Assembly: GCA_017499595.2 (NCBI GenBank)
Contig: CM039005.1
Span: 248,001-312,000 of the forward strand
Direction of reading: 5' to 3'
DNA: 64,000 nt
Source: Psilocybe cubensis
Taxonomy: Eukaryota
Made by a program: the position numbers and the translations under genes. Below are positions 25,751 through 38,625 of this stretch, one piece after another. Positions within the stretch are counted from its first letter, which is position 1. Each line of letters begins with the position of its first letter. Under the pieces are notes generated by a model. That model was not told where the DNA came from. It saw nothing but the letters and a program-made list of their open reading frames with translations, and did not search any database.

Positions 25751-26927
25751 ATGGAGCCTAGTCTTCAAGTAAAGAATACTCCGTGAGTGGATTTCGTTAT
25801 CTACCTGCTATTTTGATGGCTAAAAACCAATCATTCTTCATAGACGGACCGAATTATCAGACCGACTATGGAGTCAGCTTCCCCTTGAACTGAAACGGGA
25901 GATAATCTTGATTATGGCTCAAAGCAATATTGAGAAAGCTCGAGAGCTTCGTTTCGTCTCCAGCGATGTAAACGTCCTGGTGCTTCCCATCATCTTTCGA
26001 CATGTCGTGATGGTTCTCCCTGAGCATGTCAACCGGTTCACAACAACACTCTTACCAAAGCGCAAAAACTTCATTCCTGCTCTTAGATCCAAGCTTCATA
26101 CCATGCCTCGCCTACTCTCCAGTTACAAAGTTGACACTTGGGTTTTTGTCGTCAATGATCGTCGTCCTTCTTTGGAGAGCGCGTTGGCTAGCATTGCTCC
26201 AGTGTTCGTTGGGCTCTCTAGGCTGGTTATCACAGGGCAGAATTTATCTTCAAATGCATTTTGGCTTCGCCAACACGCTATTCATCCTAGCATCATGCTT
26301 CTCGTACACTACGGCAGCCCACATCTTGTCAATTTCTATGATCCTATCTTCAAATCCGTCACTCATCTCTATACATGTATTACTCATGGACATCGTTACT
26401 CTACCATTGCTGATCTCGCCTCACTAACTCACTTGGCAGTGAGCACCCGTCCAGACCTTACGGAGACGACAGCACGGAATGTCGCTGCTTCACTCACTGC
26501 TATTCTTCAAACGTGCACTAATATCACTTCACTAATTCTCGTAATGGATCTTGCTGGCACGGATGATTTTCGCTATCGAATGTGGACAACCTGGCTGAAG
26601 GCATGCCTAGAAGATCAGCGCTTTCTTTTCTTACCACAGTACCAACCGCCACGTATGGAGTGGAGTTCCATTGTCAATGGAAGGAAGACTCTATGGGACA
26701 GGGCTGACGAATGGCGTCGGCTCAGCGAGATTTCGGAGCCTATGAGATCCAAACTGATGCGCCAATTGGTAATTCAGAACGAAAAAGAAAGGATGGCGTT
26801 TCCTCCTCCAGGAGATCGGAGGGAGGAAGAGTGGGAGATTGACCTGGTTCAGCGCGACAATTATCATTCTCAAGCGGATGACCCAGACCTCAGGGGAGGG
26901 ACTGGGTTCATTTCTGCTTTCGGTTGA
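25751..26927 (+). CDS. Hypothetical protein with N-terminal F-box-like segment
   Basis: Exon 1 25751-25782, intron GTGAGT..CATAG, then WSQLPLELKREIILIMA..LRFVS..VLPIIFRHVV and LRR-like VTHL/LTHLAV repeats. Confidence 0.65.
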
Positions 26928-29083
26928 TGTTTGCTGTCGGTGAATATTTTTCTTTCCGACGCCTACAACTGACACAATCTGGTTACAGGATCACCAGTTA
27001 GATATTGCAGGTACTGGTTTCCTACATCAGTGATCTCACTACGACCCTGTACTCTATAATTATCCTTGACTTGCATTAACGACTGAGGGAGCTTGATTTG
27101 GAGAACTTCACCTAATAATATCATCTGGTAGATATCTTTTCATTGTTCACCCCATTTTAATCCAGTATTCAGATTAAGGTGCTCACTTTTTGCTTATGAC
27201 TAGTCAGTGGCCTGTCCCGAAGTTCATTTCCACCCTAGGTCGAATCAGCACGGATCCAAATTGTCGTCAGAGAGAATTGGATGCTTTCCACCCTCAAAAT
27301 GCATGGAACGAGTCTTTTTATGGCCTCTTGTATGGGCCGGGGAATTGTCGTTCATTCAGTCCAACAGTCTACTGCGTCCATCATCCAAACTTTGATGATC
27401 TCCCTCTCTCTATCATTCCCCTATTCTTCATTCTACTCTGAGCTTCCTTCTCGGGAACAAATATACTACCCCATCTTCCATTAGCAATTTGGGGGTTGAA
27501 GGACTTGCAATAATAATTGGTGTATGGGATGCCTAGATATATGTTCATGAAATGGTGACAAGACAAGCACTTCCAATATTTTCGGAGGCAAAAATTCAAG
27601 AAGTCCACAGATGGTCCAAAATAACACGTGAAACGCACAACAGCGTGGACTAAAGCTGCACAGACACCGTGTAGGCTGCAAGCACACAAACCAACCGGGC
27701 AATATCAGAATATTTGATGTTTTGAAGAAACCTTTCGTCCTGCTTTTGACTTGTTCACGAGTATTGTTCTGCAAAGAAAGGATCATGGATGTCAATATCC
27801 CGACCTCGTATGGAGATTTGAGTGTGATAGTGGCGCGAGAATTTCCCGCCCTTCGTACTGCCATGCGTTGCGCCAGCGGCACACCATCTCCGCGGCCTAG
27901 TCCTCATACTTCGCGCATGCTTCTACTAAACTGGGGTCCCCGGCACCAGTGGTGTGTAAATCCGTCGCAGATACATCAAACTAGCTTACAGGCAAGTGAA
28001 CCCCGGTTTCTTTGTAGGTTCCGTATGTGGCCTAAATCGGTGGCGTTTTGCTCTCTGCTCGCTGTTACACGTGTATACGAGGTCTCCATGTAATCCGCCA
28101 CACCGGATATTCGGACGTGGAATTCCGCTGCCGCCAAACGTCCTCCTGGGAGCCCACTGGTGACATGTGCGTTAAAAATATCGTTTCTACACCCGAAGCA
28201 GGGCGGAAAGGGTGTAAAGTCATCTTATAAAAATAGATGTAATCGCTTTATGTGATTCCCATGACTGTTAATTGGTGAGAGTGCAAATATTAATCCTGGA
28301 AGTTTCGATTTCCAGACAGCATCCTACAGCTTGTTGGCCTTTTAGTCCGAATTTGATGTAACCGCTCACAAAACTGACACAGCTTTGTGATCTTGAATTG
28401 ACCCGTCATAAACCAATAATAAAGATTAATGTGTGTACTAATGCTTCAATTTCTTGGACCCTCGACCCAGTACAAATTGAAGACCCGAAATGTGTCAAAC
28501 GCACAGCTTCGGGGTACTAGCCGTATAAAAGATACCAATCTCATTTATGAGACCGCATGTCCGACCACTATTGATTGAATAGCACTGTTATGGTTTCCTC
28601 CAAGAGTCAACACTATGAGTGCCGTCTCATAAATTTACCGGTTCTATTAGTATTCAGTAGAGTCTGTCGCCGGTGAGCTCCATTGATGGCTCCGTTGTTG
28701 CATTAAATCGCAGTGGTAATAGTCTTTCCAAAACTCCGCGGATTAGCCAGTGGGAGACTGGTGATAAATTCAGAAGCACTCAGTAAAAAAGATACTTATT
28801 CACTATCCGCAAAGGTGTGTTTTGCCTAAATGCTTTAGGTTTTGTTAGTGACCCCTCGAAATAGTCGTATATACCCAGTGTTGGATGACGTAGCAAATAG
28901 TGGATGAACAAGGCGTGCAGTAGGAATATATGCATTCATTTTCAACCCAAGCGACCTCGTGGTGATAATAATACTGACATTATTATTATCATTAGTCATG
29001 GGCGGTGCGTGCTAGCCTGCGTTAGCAGTGCTGTGTCGTTGAGGAGTATTTAATGATGCCTCTTCTCTGTAGAGCTCACCCTG

Positions 29084-30371
29084 ATGATGTCCAGAAACGT
29101 TGACTCAGAATTTGTCAGAATTGAAAATGGAGTTATCAGTGCAAGCCTTAACTCTTCGATGCTTTTCAACTTTCTCATGGGTGCGACGAAAAACCTACTA
29201 TTTACCGCTCAGACGCTGAGGGCGTAAAATTGATCAGGAGTCTACAGCATGGTTTACGCTGGAACCGTGTACTTGTACAGTGAGTTTCTTTTGTTTTTAT
29301 AAAATGCGATGGACCTGTCATTATCCAATTTACAGTGTTAAGAAAGGGAACGAGTGTGGATCGCTGTGTATACTTGGCTACTATCACAATTCTTTATCTG
29401 CTATGCATCATCCAATTTGCAATTCAGTGGTACTCCGTTAATCTTAGCATCGTTGTCAATGACGATAACAGGGAATCTGTGTTCTGGGCGACTATAATTA
29501 TCCCAAGGTGGATCCTAATTCTCAGTGACATTCTATTCTACGCTTCTTTGGCTATCTCTGATACCTTACTGGTTGGGAAGATTCACTTGTTTCTTTGAAT
29601 GAGTTGCTAATGCTATTTCAGATATGGAGGTGTTACCATGTTTGGGGACGTTCAATTCGCGTTGCGATAGCCCCCATGATGCTACTCATCGCAGAAATAG
29701 GTGAGTTTCTCCTTTAATCTGTTTAATGAAAGGTTTTAAAATACATTTCAGTCCTCTTTATTTTGACAATCATACTTTCTGCTAAAAAAGACTCTCAGAC
29801 GAGTCTCAAAACATTGTATCGCCTGCAGCGAGTATCCAGTGCTTCGATTCTTGTGCCGCTAGGCACTACAGCACTTGCCACCTTTCTGATCGGATATAGG
29901 ATATATTATGCCTCGGTTTCGACTAAACTACCGTCACAACGCCTTTTCAACATGATAGTTCGTTTACTTGTCGATTCAGCGGCTGGCTATTCCATTGTTC
30001 TCCTTTTCGTCGCTCTTTGCATTGTTGTCCCATCATTTTCGGTCATTGTCTCTCCTGTATACCAAGCAAAATATTACGCAGAGACACTTCTAATCATTGC
30101 GTCGGTATGTGGCCAGTGCCAACATACACCGTAGTGTCCTCACGCCCACGTTTCATATCAGGGTATGGCACCTACAATTTTAGTAGGACGACTTGAATTA
30201 ATCAATTCGACCTCTACTATAACTGCCTCACCAGATAATTGGCAATCCGGTCTGGTATTTAGATCATTTCCAGAGTCCCTTCATGGCAGAGATATGATAG
30301 GTACTCGACACATTTCGGAAGCTCAATTACAGGAGCTTGCCACACCTGCGCAGATAAAAAATCAAGTATAA
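29084..30371 (+). CDS. Multi-pass (about 7 TM) membrane protein of an agaric-expanded family
   Basis: Hydrophobic exons split by canonical introns; ISDTLL|IWRCYHVWG and GMAPTILVGRL motifs; same layout as 36781-38055. Confidence 0.75.
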
Positions 30372-30687
30372 AATATTAGTATTTTGTCAATTTAATTTAC
30401 CAGAACGCTTTATATGGAATTCAAAGTGCACACAGTGCAGAGTTGTTGGAATACGACTCTCATTTTCTGCTTCATATTTTATTCTTTTGCTCGTTGCAGC
30501 TTTTCCCTTTCCTATTTTACACCTTCACCTTCCACTGGGCCATTAGGGCTGATAGCCCCTGTTCATCGACAGACTCAGTACTCCTTTTTCTTCCATCGTT
30601 CAACGCATCACCTTCCAATATTTTTTGATCAACTTCCGTATCTACGTTCACCTCACATATAGTCGCTCGTTTCATTCCCAACACCTC

Positions 30688-30830
30688 AGCCTTTCTTTCC
30701 TTCCGGCTGAGGTGAATTCATTCCTTGTTGATTCATAGAAAGTAGCTAATCTAGTTTACAGGCTCACAGTATACTTAGGTTGAAAATATAGCCTTTCTTT
30801 CCTTCCGGCTGAGACCCACAGTATACGTAG
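30688..30830 (+). repeat. Short direct duplication, one unit carrying a 50-bp intron-like insert
   Basis: AGCCTTTCTTTCCTTCCGGCTGAG at 30688 and 30790, each followed by xCxCACAGTATAC, the first only after GT..GCTAAT..ACAG (30712-30761). Confidence 0.75.
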
Positions 30831-31339
30831 TTTCTTCAGGAGTAAAAAAACGAAACGCGTTCTGACGTTTGGAGGCAATTGTAATAGGGGCGTGAGAGCT
30901 TGTTATCAATCATCAATATTCGCCACGTTTAAGTTTCTTTTTGCAAAACCATGTCCCTATCCCCAAACTCACACTATACTCTGGTGTGCTTTTAATTCGA
31001 ATTTGTACCATACACAGGTCGTCGATCGCTGAACATTATGATTTAGCCCCAGCTCCCTGATCAGCAGTCCATAAATTGAACTGATCCGCTGATTCTGATG
31101 ACAGTCTTTCGAATGGTACGACGATATCAGAATTAGACATGGCAGGCAAAGGCATGGCAATAGCCTTGCTTTTAGGGTGTGTCCTTGAGATCGGGCCTTC
31201 TCCTTGTGTCCCTTCCTTCACGTCCTTCAATACTTGGAATTTCAAGATTGTTTAAAGGTTCATACGGTAAGTATCATATTATTGATCAAATTGTTTCATC
31301 CATCATGAGAAAGGACATAGAATGATCTATTGATTTCGC

Positions 31340-33019
31340 ATGCATCCCAAATCACATATGTCTGCCTCGTCATCGAAATGGACACACACCCATAATCCTA
31401 CAATACCACCGACATGTCACCCAGAGAGCTCCTGTTCAATATGCGAAATGTACACCGACCATTTCGATATATTATCGTTCCACGAGCGCCGTGAACAACT
31501 GCAAGCATTCGAACATCGAAAACATCAAATGGAGGTTGAACTGTTGAAGGCAGATTTGGATGCTGCACGCGATCGGATTCTTGCGTTGGAAACGGCATAC
31601 GAAGAGCTGCAGATAGCTCACGAGCAGTCTTTGCGTGCTCACATCAATGGTCACAATGTTCTTAACCCTTCCCCAAAATCTGTAAACGAATACGAGACCG
31701 ACTCGGAGAGCGGTAGCTGGGAAGTACCGCCCAGTCCGTGGATAGGAGATTCTCCCTTATCTTCGGCGTCTATTCCATCGTTCATCCAATCAACCAGCCC
31801 TGTAATTCATGAGCTGTCATGTATATCTTCCTCGCCAACACCATCGTCCGCATTGTCTGAAGACTCCAGTTATGATATTGAAGAAGAGGTTCCTGCCTTG
31901 GCCAATGCCTCACAAGAAGATGCGCTACGATACGCCGAGCTGCTGGAGCAATGTGATTACGACGTGAGATCTGCAAACGCTGTGTGGAAGGAATGGGAAG
32001 CTTCTGTGAGGGAGAGTCTAGCAGATGAGGAGACTGCAGGTGACTTCCTAGGCGATACAGACAGCGAACTGGAGTCAGACGTTCAGGACTGGGAATGGGA
32101 AGAAGAAATCTACGAAGCGTCACCATTGAGCCCAGAGAGTGTTCGCGATGTTAGTTTGGCGACACATAGTCCAACATTCGATGTGGAGCGCGACTCTATC
32201 ACACAGAACCGCATTGGTTTAAATATTCCTCCGTTGTCTTCTCTCCCGCGTCCAAATCACATTGATGGACCTCCCATTCAGCCTGCTTCTGTCGAATCCA
32301 CGATATATGTTGACGCGTCAGGTACCGGGCTTGGATTTTGCATCTGCATACCCTCACAAACCTCGACCACCACCAATTTCCTGTCCCGATTCAACTCGAA
32401 AACCAACATGATGTGCTACTGGCTTGGCTGGAAGTGGGTACGCGGAAACCCAGCAATCGCTGTCGGTATCAGTGGGCAAATTGTGATGTCCTGGGCAGAA
32501 CTCATTGGCCTTGAGCTCGGGGTATACACTGCCTGTACCATGAGGTCCCAACGAGGAGGCGAGCCTTCACCACTGATCATCCACTCGGATAACATGGATG
32601 TCGTCAAGGCAATCTCATGTGCAGTGCGCTCAAAGAACGCACCCGCGCGTCGTTGGAAACACGCGGAGGATGCTATTGTACGACGCATCATCTCTATTTG
32701 CGAGGCGCACGGTGTGCACCTTGTGGTGCGCTGGGTACCATCAAAGGCCAACCTCGCAGACGGGCCTTCGCGCGGTCACGGTGTGCACGGTGCGGCTGGT
32801 TGGGAACGCACTCGAGAGACCCAGGCATCAGTACGTGGTCTTGGAGGAGATCCCACACTCATGATAGGCGACAGGGGGTGGATGGAGTGGGTTGCGGATT
32901 GTCTTCCTGTTCCTGCACATTTGGAGGCGTTTGTACAGGATCCGACCGGAGGTGTTGTCGGTTTGCGACAGCTGAAGATAAAAGGCCCCAGAGTCAACAG
33001 TGGGGATACACGGACATGA
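31340..33019 (+). CDS. Cys/His motif + coiled coil + acidic linker + C-terminal DIRS-type RNase H protein (copy 3)
   Basis: Uninterrupted 559-aa ORF; YVDASGTGLG / SWAELIGLE / IHSDNMDVV / WVPSKANLADGPSRG. Confidence 0.8.
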   Translation: MHPKSHMSASSSKWTHTHNPTIPPTCHPESSCSICEMYTDHFDILSFHERREQLQAFEHRKHQMEVELLKADLDAARDRILALETAYEELQIAHEQSLRAHINGHNVLNPSPKSVNEYETDSESGSWEVPPSPWIGDSPLSSASIPSFIQSTSPVIHELSCISSSPTPSSALSEDSSYDIEEEVPALANASQEDALRYAELLEQCDYDVRSANAVWKEWEASVRESLADEETAGDFLGDTDSELESDVQDWEWEEEIYEASPLSPESVRDVSLATHSPTFDVERDSITQNRIGLNIPPLSSLPRPNHIDGPPIQPASVESTIYVDASGTGLGFCICIPSQTSTTTNFLSRFNSKTNMMCYWLGWKWVRGNPAIAVGISGQIVMSWAELIGLELGVYTACTMRSQRGGEPSPLIIHSDNMDVVKAISCAVRSKNAPARRWKHAEDAIVRRIISICEAHGVHLVVRWVPSKANLADGPSRGHGVHGAAGWERTRETQASVRGLGGDPTLMIGDRGWMEWVADCLPVPAHLEAFVQDPTGGVVGLRQLKIKGPRVNSGDTRT

Positions 33020-33680
33020 ATTGGCGGACTTTACTGTTCTAACCGTTTAAGCTTAGATTCCCGCTGATTTTGGTCAAACAAGGTCATTCGACGCGTCTAC
33101 TCTATACTCCCTCTCTCTGAAACCCGGTTCTTCGTTCCTGAATTCTCTGTTGTGTCGCATACTCAATTATTGTGGTTGATGACAGTCGGATGAATCTCCT
33201 GGGGGGATAACTGATTGACATATCTGCGCTGCTATTGTTACCGCTATGCATTGCCTCTGAGTCTGTTATTATTGTCATTCAAAACGACGTATTAATACGC
33301 TTTTACAGTGATGTTGTTTTTGTATTGATACCTGGTCCAATTATTATTCAGTTCTTTCTAATCTTCCATTGTAACCTTGGGATGACCAGGCCAAAATGCG
33401 CGGCGGTCACTAAATCGTATGAAAGAATCATAGTTGTACGTATTACAATCGTGGGTCACTTGAAGCACAGTGACCTTCCCTCATTGCTTCCACTTTTCCT
33501 CGCCTTTCATCTGAATGAGATCCCAGCAGGACCTTTGGGACTTCATGGCCACGTTGTAGGTGCCACTTTTTCTGACAAAGCGTTGAACTCTCGCTTAACT
33601 TAAAGTCGCACGGTCCGTTGGTTGAAATTTGGGACGCGTTCAGTTTGGCACTCTAACGCTTTTTGCCCACATTCACCACA

Positions 33681-35105
33681 ATGGACAGGCAATTATCAGC
33701 AGCCATGGCCCTTGTTCCATATCAGCGAGTCTACATCGATACCAGAAAAAGAATACCACATATATTCAGTCTTCCTGTTGAACTGATGGCCATCATTTTC
33801 TCACTCATCGCAGCTCCCTACCTCGACGATTGCGGAAACATGGGGAACTCGAACTCTTACAGCCTAGACAGATATGCCTTACAATTGAGGACTCACCCTA
33901 TCCTTGTCGGAGTCCGCCACGTGTGCAGCTACTGGTTTAACTTGACATCGTCGATGCCCTCACTTTGGAACATTGTCTTGGCCACACCGATTCTTAGTAG
34001 GCCTGGCGAGCGTAACTACATCAAGCTACACAGATTCGTCTCAATGACTGCCCTATACATGCGCTTGGGCGCCCCTGCCGCCCTCACGGTATATTTGAGA
34101 CCTGTAAATGGTATGCACATCATGAGAGACGACGATGAAAACGACGACAAATGGACAATCTCTACTCAGCACAGATTCTACCGAATACACCAAGAACTGT
34201 ATCTCGAGCTGTGCACAAGTCATTCTACCCAAATCAAGTCTTTGACAATCTCCTTCACGCGACACATGTTTTGGTTCTTTCTAGATAAGCTCGCACATTT
34301 GGACGTGGTATTTAGCCGATTGGAAATGCTTGACATCGAGATCCCTGGTGGCGAACGCAGCGGCGACGATACCGAAAGTATCCCGGAGCTTCAATTCTCT
34401 CGTTTCTTTCCTGCTCTGCGAAATCTTAAGGTCATTAACAGGAGGACCCCAATGGACGTGTGCAGTCTGGTTCAACTCTCTGAACTCCACACACTCCATC
34501 TCGAACAGCGTGGCATCGTTAATCAAACAGTCGAAGTACTTCGGGGACTGACCAGCGCAAAAAATGTTACTCTTGTCGAGCGCGATTTTTCTCTGAAAAA
34601 GCAGAATTCTTCATCGGATTGCTCCCGCGTGAAGCTCCCGTGCTTGGAAAAACTTGTGCTCAAGTGTTACCCAGATCCGAGTGTCATACTAACTGGCATC
34701 ACGACTCCCCATCTCCAAATTCTTAATGTCCATTCTACTGGAACCCTGAGGCAACTCTACATAGCTATCAGAGAGCTGATACAAGTCTCTGAATGCTCTC
34801 TCGCGGCTCTGGCCGTTACCCATGGAAAACCCGACTGCTTTGGCCTGGCCTCCGTCCTGGAAGATTTTATACTAAGCCGTATCCAAACCTGCAGGATAAA
34901 GTACGAAGCAACATGGACTTTAACTGAAGAAGAGCGCACGGACCTAGAGAATGCGAAGAGCTACCTTTCGACGCATCTTGATTCGATGCGGCGCACTATA
35001 TCTCCATCATTTGTGTTTGAATCCACTGGAAGGTTCAACCTTTCCTATATGACTATGTGGGACGGATGTAGTGGTATCGAGAAAGGAGTGTTGGATGATA
35101 CATAA
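33681..35105 (+). CDS. F-box/LRR-like protein
   Basis: IFSLPVELMAIIF...VRHVCSYWFNLTSSMPSLW F-box-like; LPCLEKLVL, TPHLQILNV LRR-like repeats; single exon. Confidence 0.75.
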   Translation: MDRQLSAAMALVPYQRVYIDTRKRIPHIFSLPVELMAIIFSLIAAPYLDDCGNMGNSNSYSLDRYALQLRTHPILVGVRHVCSYWFNLTSSMPSLWNIVLATPILSRPGERNYIKLHRFVSMTALYMRLGAPAALTVYLRPVNGMHIMRDDDENDDKWTISTQHRFYRIHQELYLELCTSHSTQIKSLTISFTRHMFWFFLDKLAHLDVVFSRLEMLDIEIPGGERSGDDTESIPELQFSRFFPALRNLKVINRRTPMDVCSLVQLSELHTLHLEQRGIVNQTVEVLRGLTSAKNVTLVERDFSLKKQNSSSDCSRVKLPCLEKLVLKCYPDPSVILTGITTPHLQILNVHSTGTLRQLYIAIRELIQVSECSLAALAVTHGKPDCFGLASVLEDFILSRIQTCRIKYEATWTLTEEERTDLENAKSYLSTHLDSMRRTISPSFVFESTGRFNLSYMTMWDGCSGIEKGVLDDT

Positions 35106-36780
35106 ATTCTCTGGGGAAAGTATTGGTGCGGTTCTGCTATTGACTTACTTCTTACGCTCTCGATTTTCACTGCATAATAATATACTCTTCCAAATTAAAA
35201 CAAAATACTTACTGCCACCGATCGAATAATACATATTAGGCCGCAAATTCCCAATATCTCATTTAAATTTCAGAACAGCTACACTTCTTATCACGATTGC
35301 TGAGTAAAAGAACCTGGGATCCGATGGTACTCAAACAGACGTATCAACTCCATCCATTTGTCCGTTATTGGCGGCGGCAGCGTTGACAGTTTATCTATCA
35401 AATCACAGACCAGATATAGGGGTGATAGATGCACTGGTATCTTGATTTAAATTTGTTAGTGCAAGCCTTGTAGCCAATAATCTGGGGCTTACACCCTGCT
35501 TTCAATATCAGTAGTGAGACAGCGGGAAAAAGTTGGTAAACAATCAATTACATTCAATCACAATCTCTCTCAAACCGTCGTCTGTCACAAGAGAAATTTT
35601 CATTAATATGAGAGTATCTAAAACGATCCTCTCATGCTCGTGAGCTGCCTTTGGTAAGGTTCCTCTCATAATTCTTCTAAGCATTTAATGGTTTATTCTG
35701 AAAATCCTAGAAGGTGAAGCAAAAGCTTTATTCAAAGTTATATATTTGTTACTATTGTCCGTGTCTATTTGGTGAACATTAATACATATTAACGTCTGTT
35801 ATTCCTGGACATCATAGGTAACGACAGTCGATAACAATTGATGGGGTCAAGTTTATATTTCATAAGGCGTTGTGGGATTTAATTAAACTGGTTTATGAAC
35901 CCCTCCATCGCTTTGATTTATTTATTCTGGAATATAACATACCAGCTGGCAATAATCTGCTAATCTAGAATCAAACCATCTCAGCGTTGACATGACGGAC
36001 TTTTAATTGTCATACACCCGCTAAGCTCGGCTTCCTGGCACATATTCCAGTCACGCGTTCTACTAGGTTAATTGTCGTTGATAACTATTTACCATTAAAA
36101 ATTAATTATCAACTGTGAGATTTGATGTCTGTGGGAAACTCTGATTTGTTTTCATAGCGAAGAGGAAGTGAAAAATATTACCAGTGATCATTGGCCGACC
36201 GGGCACAGATATCATAGATTACCTAACAGGGATGTTGCCGGTGCCTGAACAACTTTCGGGCCGACATGGCAGTTCAATATCAAAGTCCGTCGTGAGAAAA
36301 TCATTACAACCACACCACAGATATTGATTCAACATTCTACATCCGTCAACTTTCAAGGGTCGTTTTTAGAAAAGTGGAGACCATTCAGCTAAGTTGTTCT
36401 GGAATCATGTTTAATGATCCACTACAACTAAGGGATCATTAGGAACTTCCCTGGATGAATTAACAATTGATGTTTTATGAGAGTGGGTTGCCCTAACAGC
36501 CCTATCTTTGAAGAGAAATGAAACGGCTTAAAACTGGTATGGGCGTCCTCAAGTTTGACCTTGAGCGCTGCGTCCGAGGAAGACTATATGTCAATCAGTC
36601 ACTGAAGGATATGCTACAGAACCTTATGCCTGATGTGGTGATCATTGAAGCTAAGCTGGTATATTCTATTGATAGATAGGTCGAATCCACTCGATAGAAA
36701 AGAGCACATAGAAAGCGTTCCTCCAGGATTCTCAGCAGAACACACTCAGAACATCCCATTCACCACTCCATAACAAAGGA

Positions 36781-38055
36781 ATGACCTCACCCCTTTCAGA
36801 CCTACCTGATGTCTTTGTTCAAAAAGCCGATGCTCAGTCCTCGTTGGACTTGGGCCTCCTTGGTATTCTCATGATGGGTAAGTTTTTAATGTGCATATAT
36901 TGCAATAAAGGCTCATGGGAGTGATGTAGGAATGTATACCATTATCTACTTCGGTACTCTCTATATCTACCGTTCGTCCACTGGCCTTAGCCTGAGAGTT
37001 TGTGTGGAGACTGACTCGTCATAGTCAAGGGAGAAAAATCGCGGAGTAAATTCGTGCTATCGACCATCACTTTGCTATATTTGTGTGGTGTTGCAGAGTG
37101 TGGTCTCGAATGGGCATATATACATTGGTCTTTTCTAGAGAACGGAGACACGAGAGTAACCGTGTTTATTGCACTCCTCATGCAACCTGGATGGCCACAT
37201 GTTCTAAACAACATATTTGCATTTGCCATGATAATTCTTGCTGATATGTTGCTGGTAAGCTATTTCATCTTCCTGATGTGTGCTTACATTAGTTGACTGG
37301 GTTGGATAAGGCTTGGAGATGTTTCCACGTGTGGAATCGATCCAACCGTGTGATAATGGTTCCCCTATTCCTTTTATTCGCGGAATTTTGTGAGTTTGAA
37401 ACGATACTCATCCTGTTTGCTAAATATTAAACTTTGCCTACAAGGTTTATTCTTCTCAATAGTTGTAATTCTGTTAGTGGCCAAAGCGCAACCAAACGAG
37501 CTACAGGCAGCAACGGTCAATCAAATTGGGGCGTCGGGCTACTTTATCTCAGCTATTTCAAGTTTAGTTGTCACCTTCCTGATTGCACTCCGTATCAGGT
37601 CTGTAGCCAAAGGCGGACTTGGCAACTCCAAGGGTACATTCAATCAGATTGTCGAGATCATAGTGCAATCGGTATTGGTATATTCCCTAGCTCAGCTTGT
37701 CGAGGCTATTGCAATTGTTTTGCCATTTTCCATTGGAAACACGCATCTCTTCGCGTTAGAAAATTACTCCCAAACTATACTACTTCCCATTACAGTATGT
37801 TGTTTACCCAGTGAATGCGACTTTTGCTGAAATTGTCTTCAGGGAATTGCCCCAACAATCATGGTAGCTCGCGTCAAGCTTATCGATGAACGGAATAGGA
37901 CCAAAGCACATTCGTCTCACGTTACTGATCTCCAGTTCAATGGCTCAAACTTTGAGAGTACGGCGGGCGCCAGAGCTGCTCAGTACATGTCTACCCATAA
38001 CAAGCAAGATACAAAATTGGAATCCACAGGGTACATAACGTCTACAGGGGCCTGA
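36781..38055 (+). CDS. Multi-pass membrane protein, paralog of 29084-30371
   Basis: Same exon layout; LADMLL|AWRCFHVWN, IVEIIVQS, GIAPTIMVARV. Confidence 0.75.
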
Positions 38056-38207
38056 TTGCTCGTCCAATCATCGTTCGTAAATTAAATAAATGTAGAGACA
38101 TATTTAGAATGGCATATTCTTGTTATATTTATTGAGCATATCGAAGATGATACTCGATTAACGGATTTAAAGATGTTCAACACCAAGTATTCAAAGAAAC
38201 CTAGAGA

Positions 38208-38421
38208 CACTACTGGCGCTGATACATATTTGATAGAAAAATATGTATCGGTAATTATGTTTCCTGTTGGTTTTTGACGTATTTTTCTCGTATATAGAGT
38301 TCGGGGTTACCCAATTAGGGAAGCCCGAAGTCTATATTCCAATAAAATACATCAAAAAAATGTAGGAAACATAATTATTGGGTCTTATTTTCTTTGAAAA
38401 TATGTATGAGCGCCAGCGGTG
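38208..38421. mobile_element. CACTA-type MITE (214 bp)
   Basis: Starts CACTACTGGCGCTGATACATATTT, ends AAATATGTATGAGCGCCAGCGGTG; 3-bp TSD AGA on both sides. Confidence 0.8.
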
Positions 38422-38625
38422 AGATGTGGGTCCTGAATCACACTTCAAAATGGCCCAGCTTTGCACTTTGGCTTTGCTATCCCCGTGCTTTCTATTAGTT
38501 TATTCCATAAGAGCAAGTAAGCGGTTGGGCCATTTTCTGTCGTTGATGTGCCAGTACGTGCCATTGGCTGGCCGGGTATGGCCCAACACCCGGTGGCTCA
38601 TTCTGAAAACCCTAAATACCGTTGA

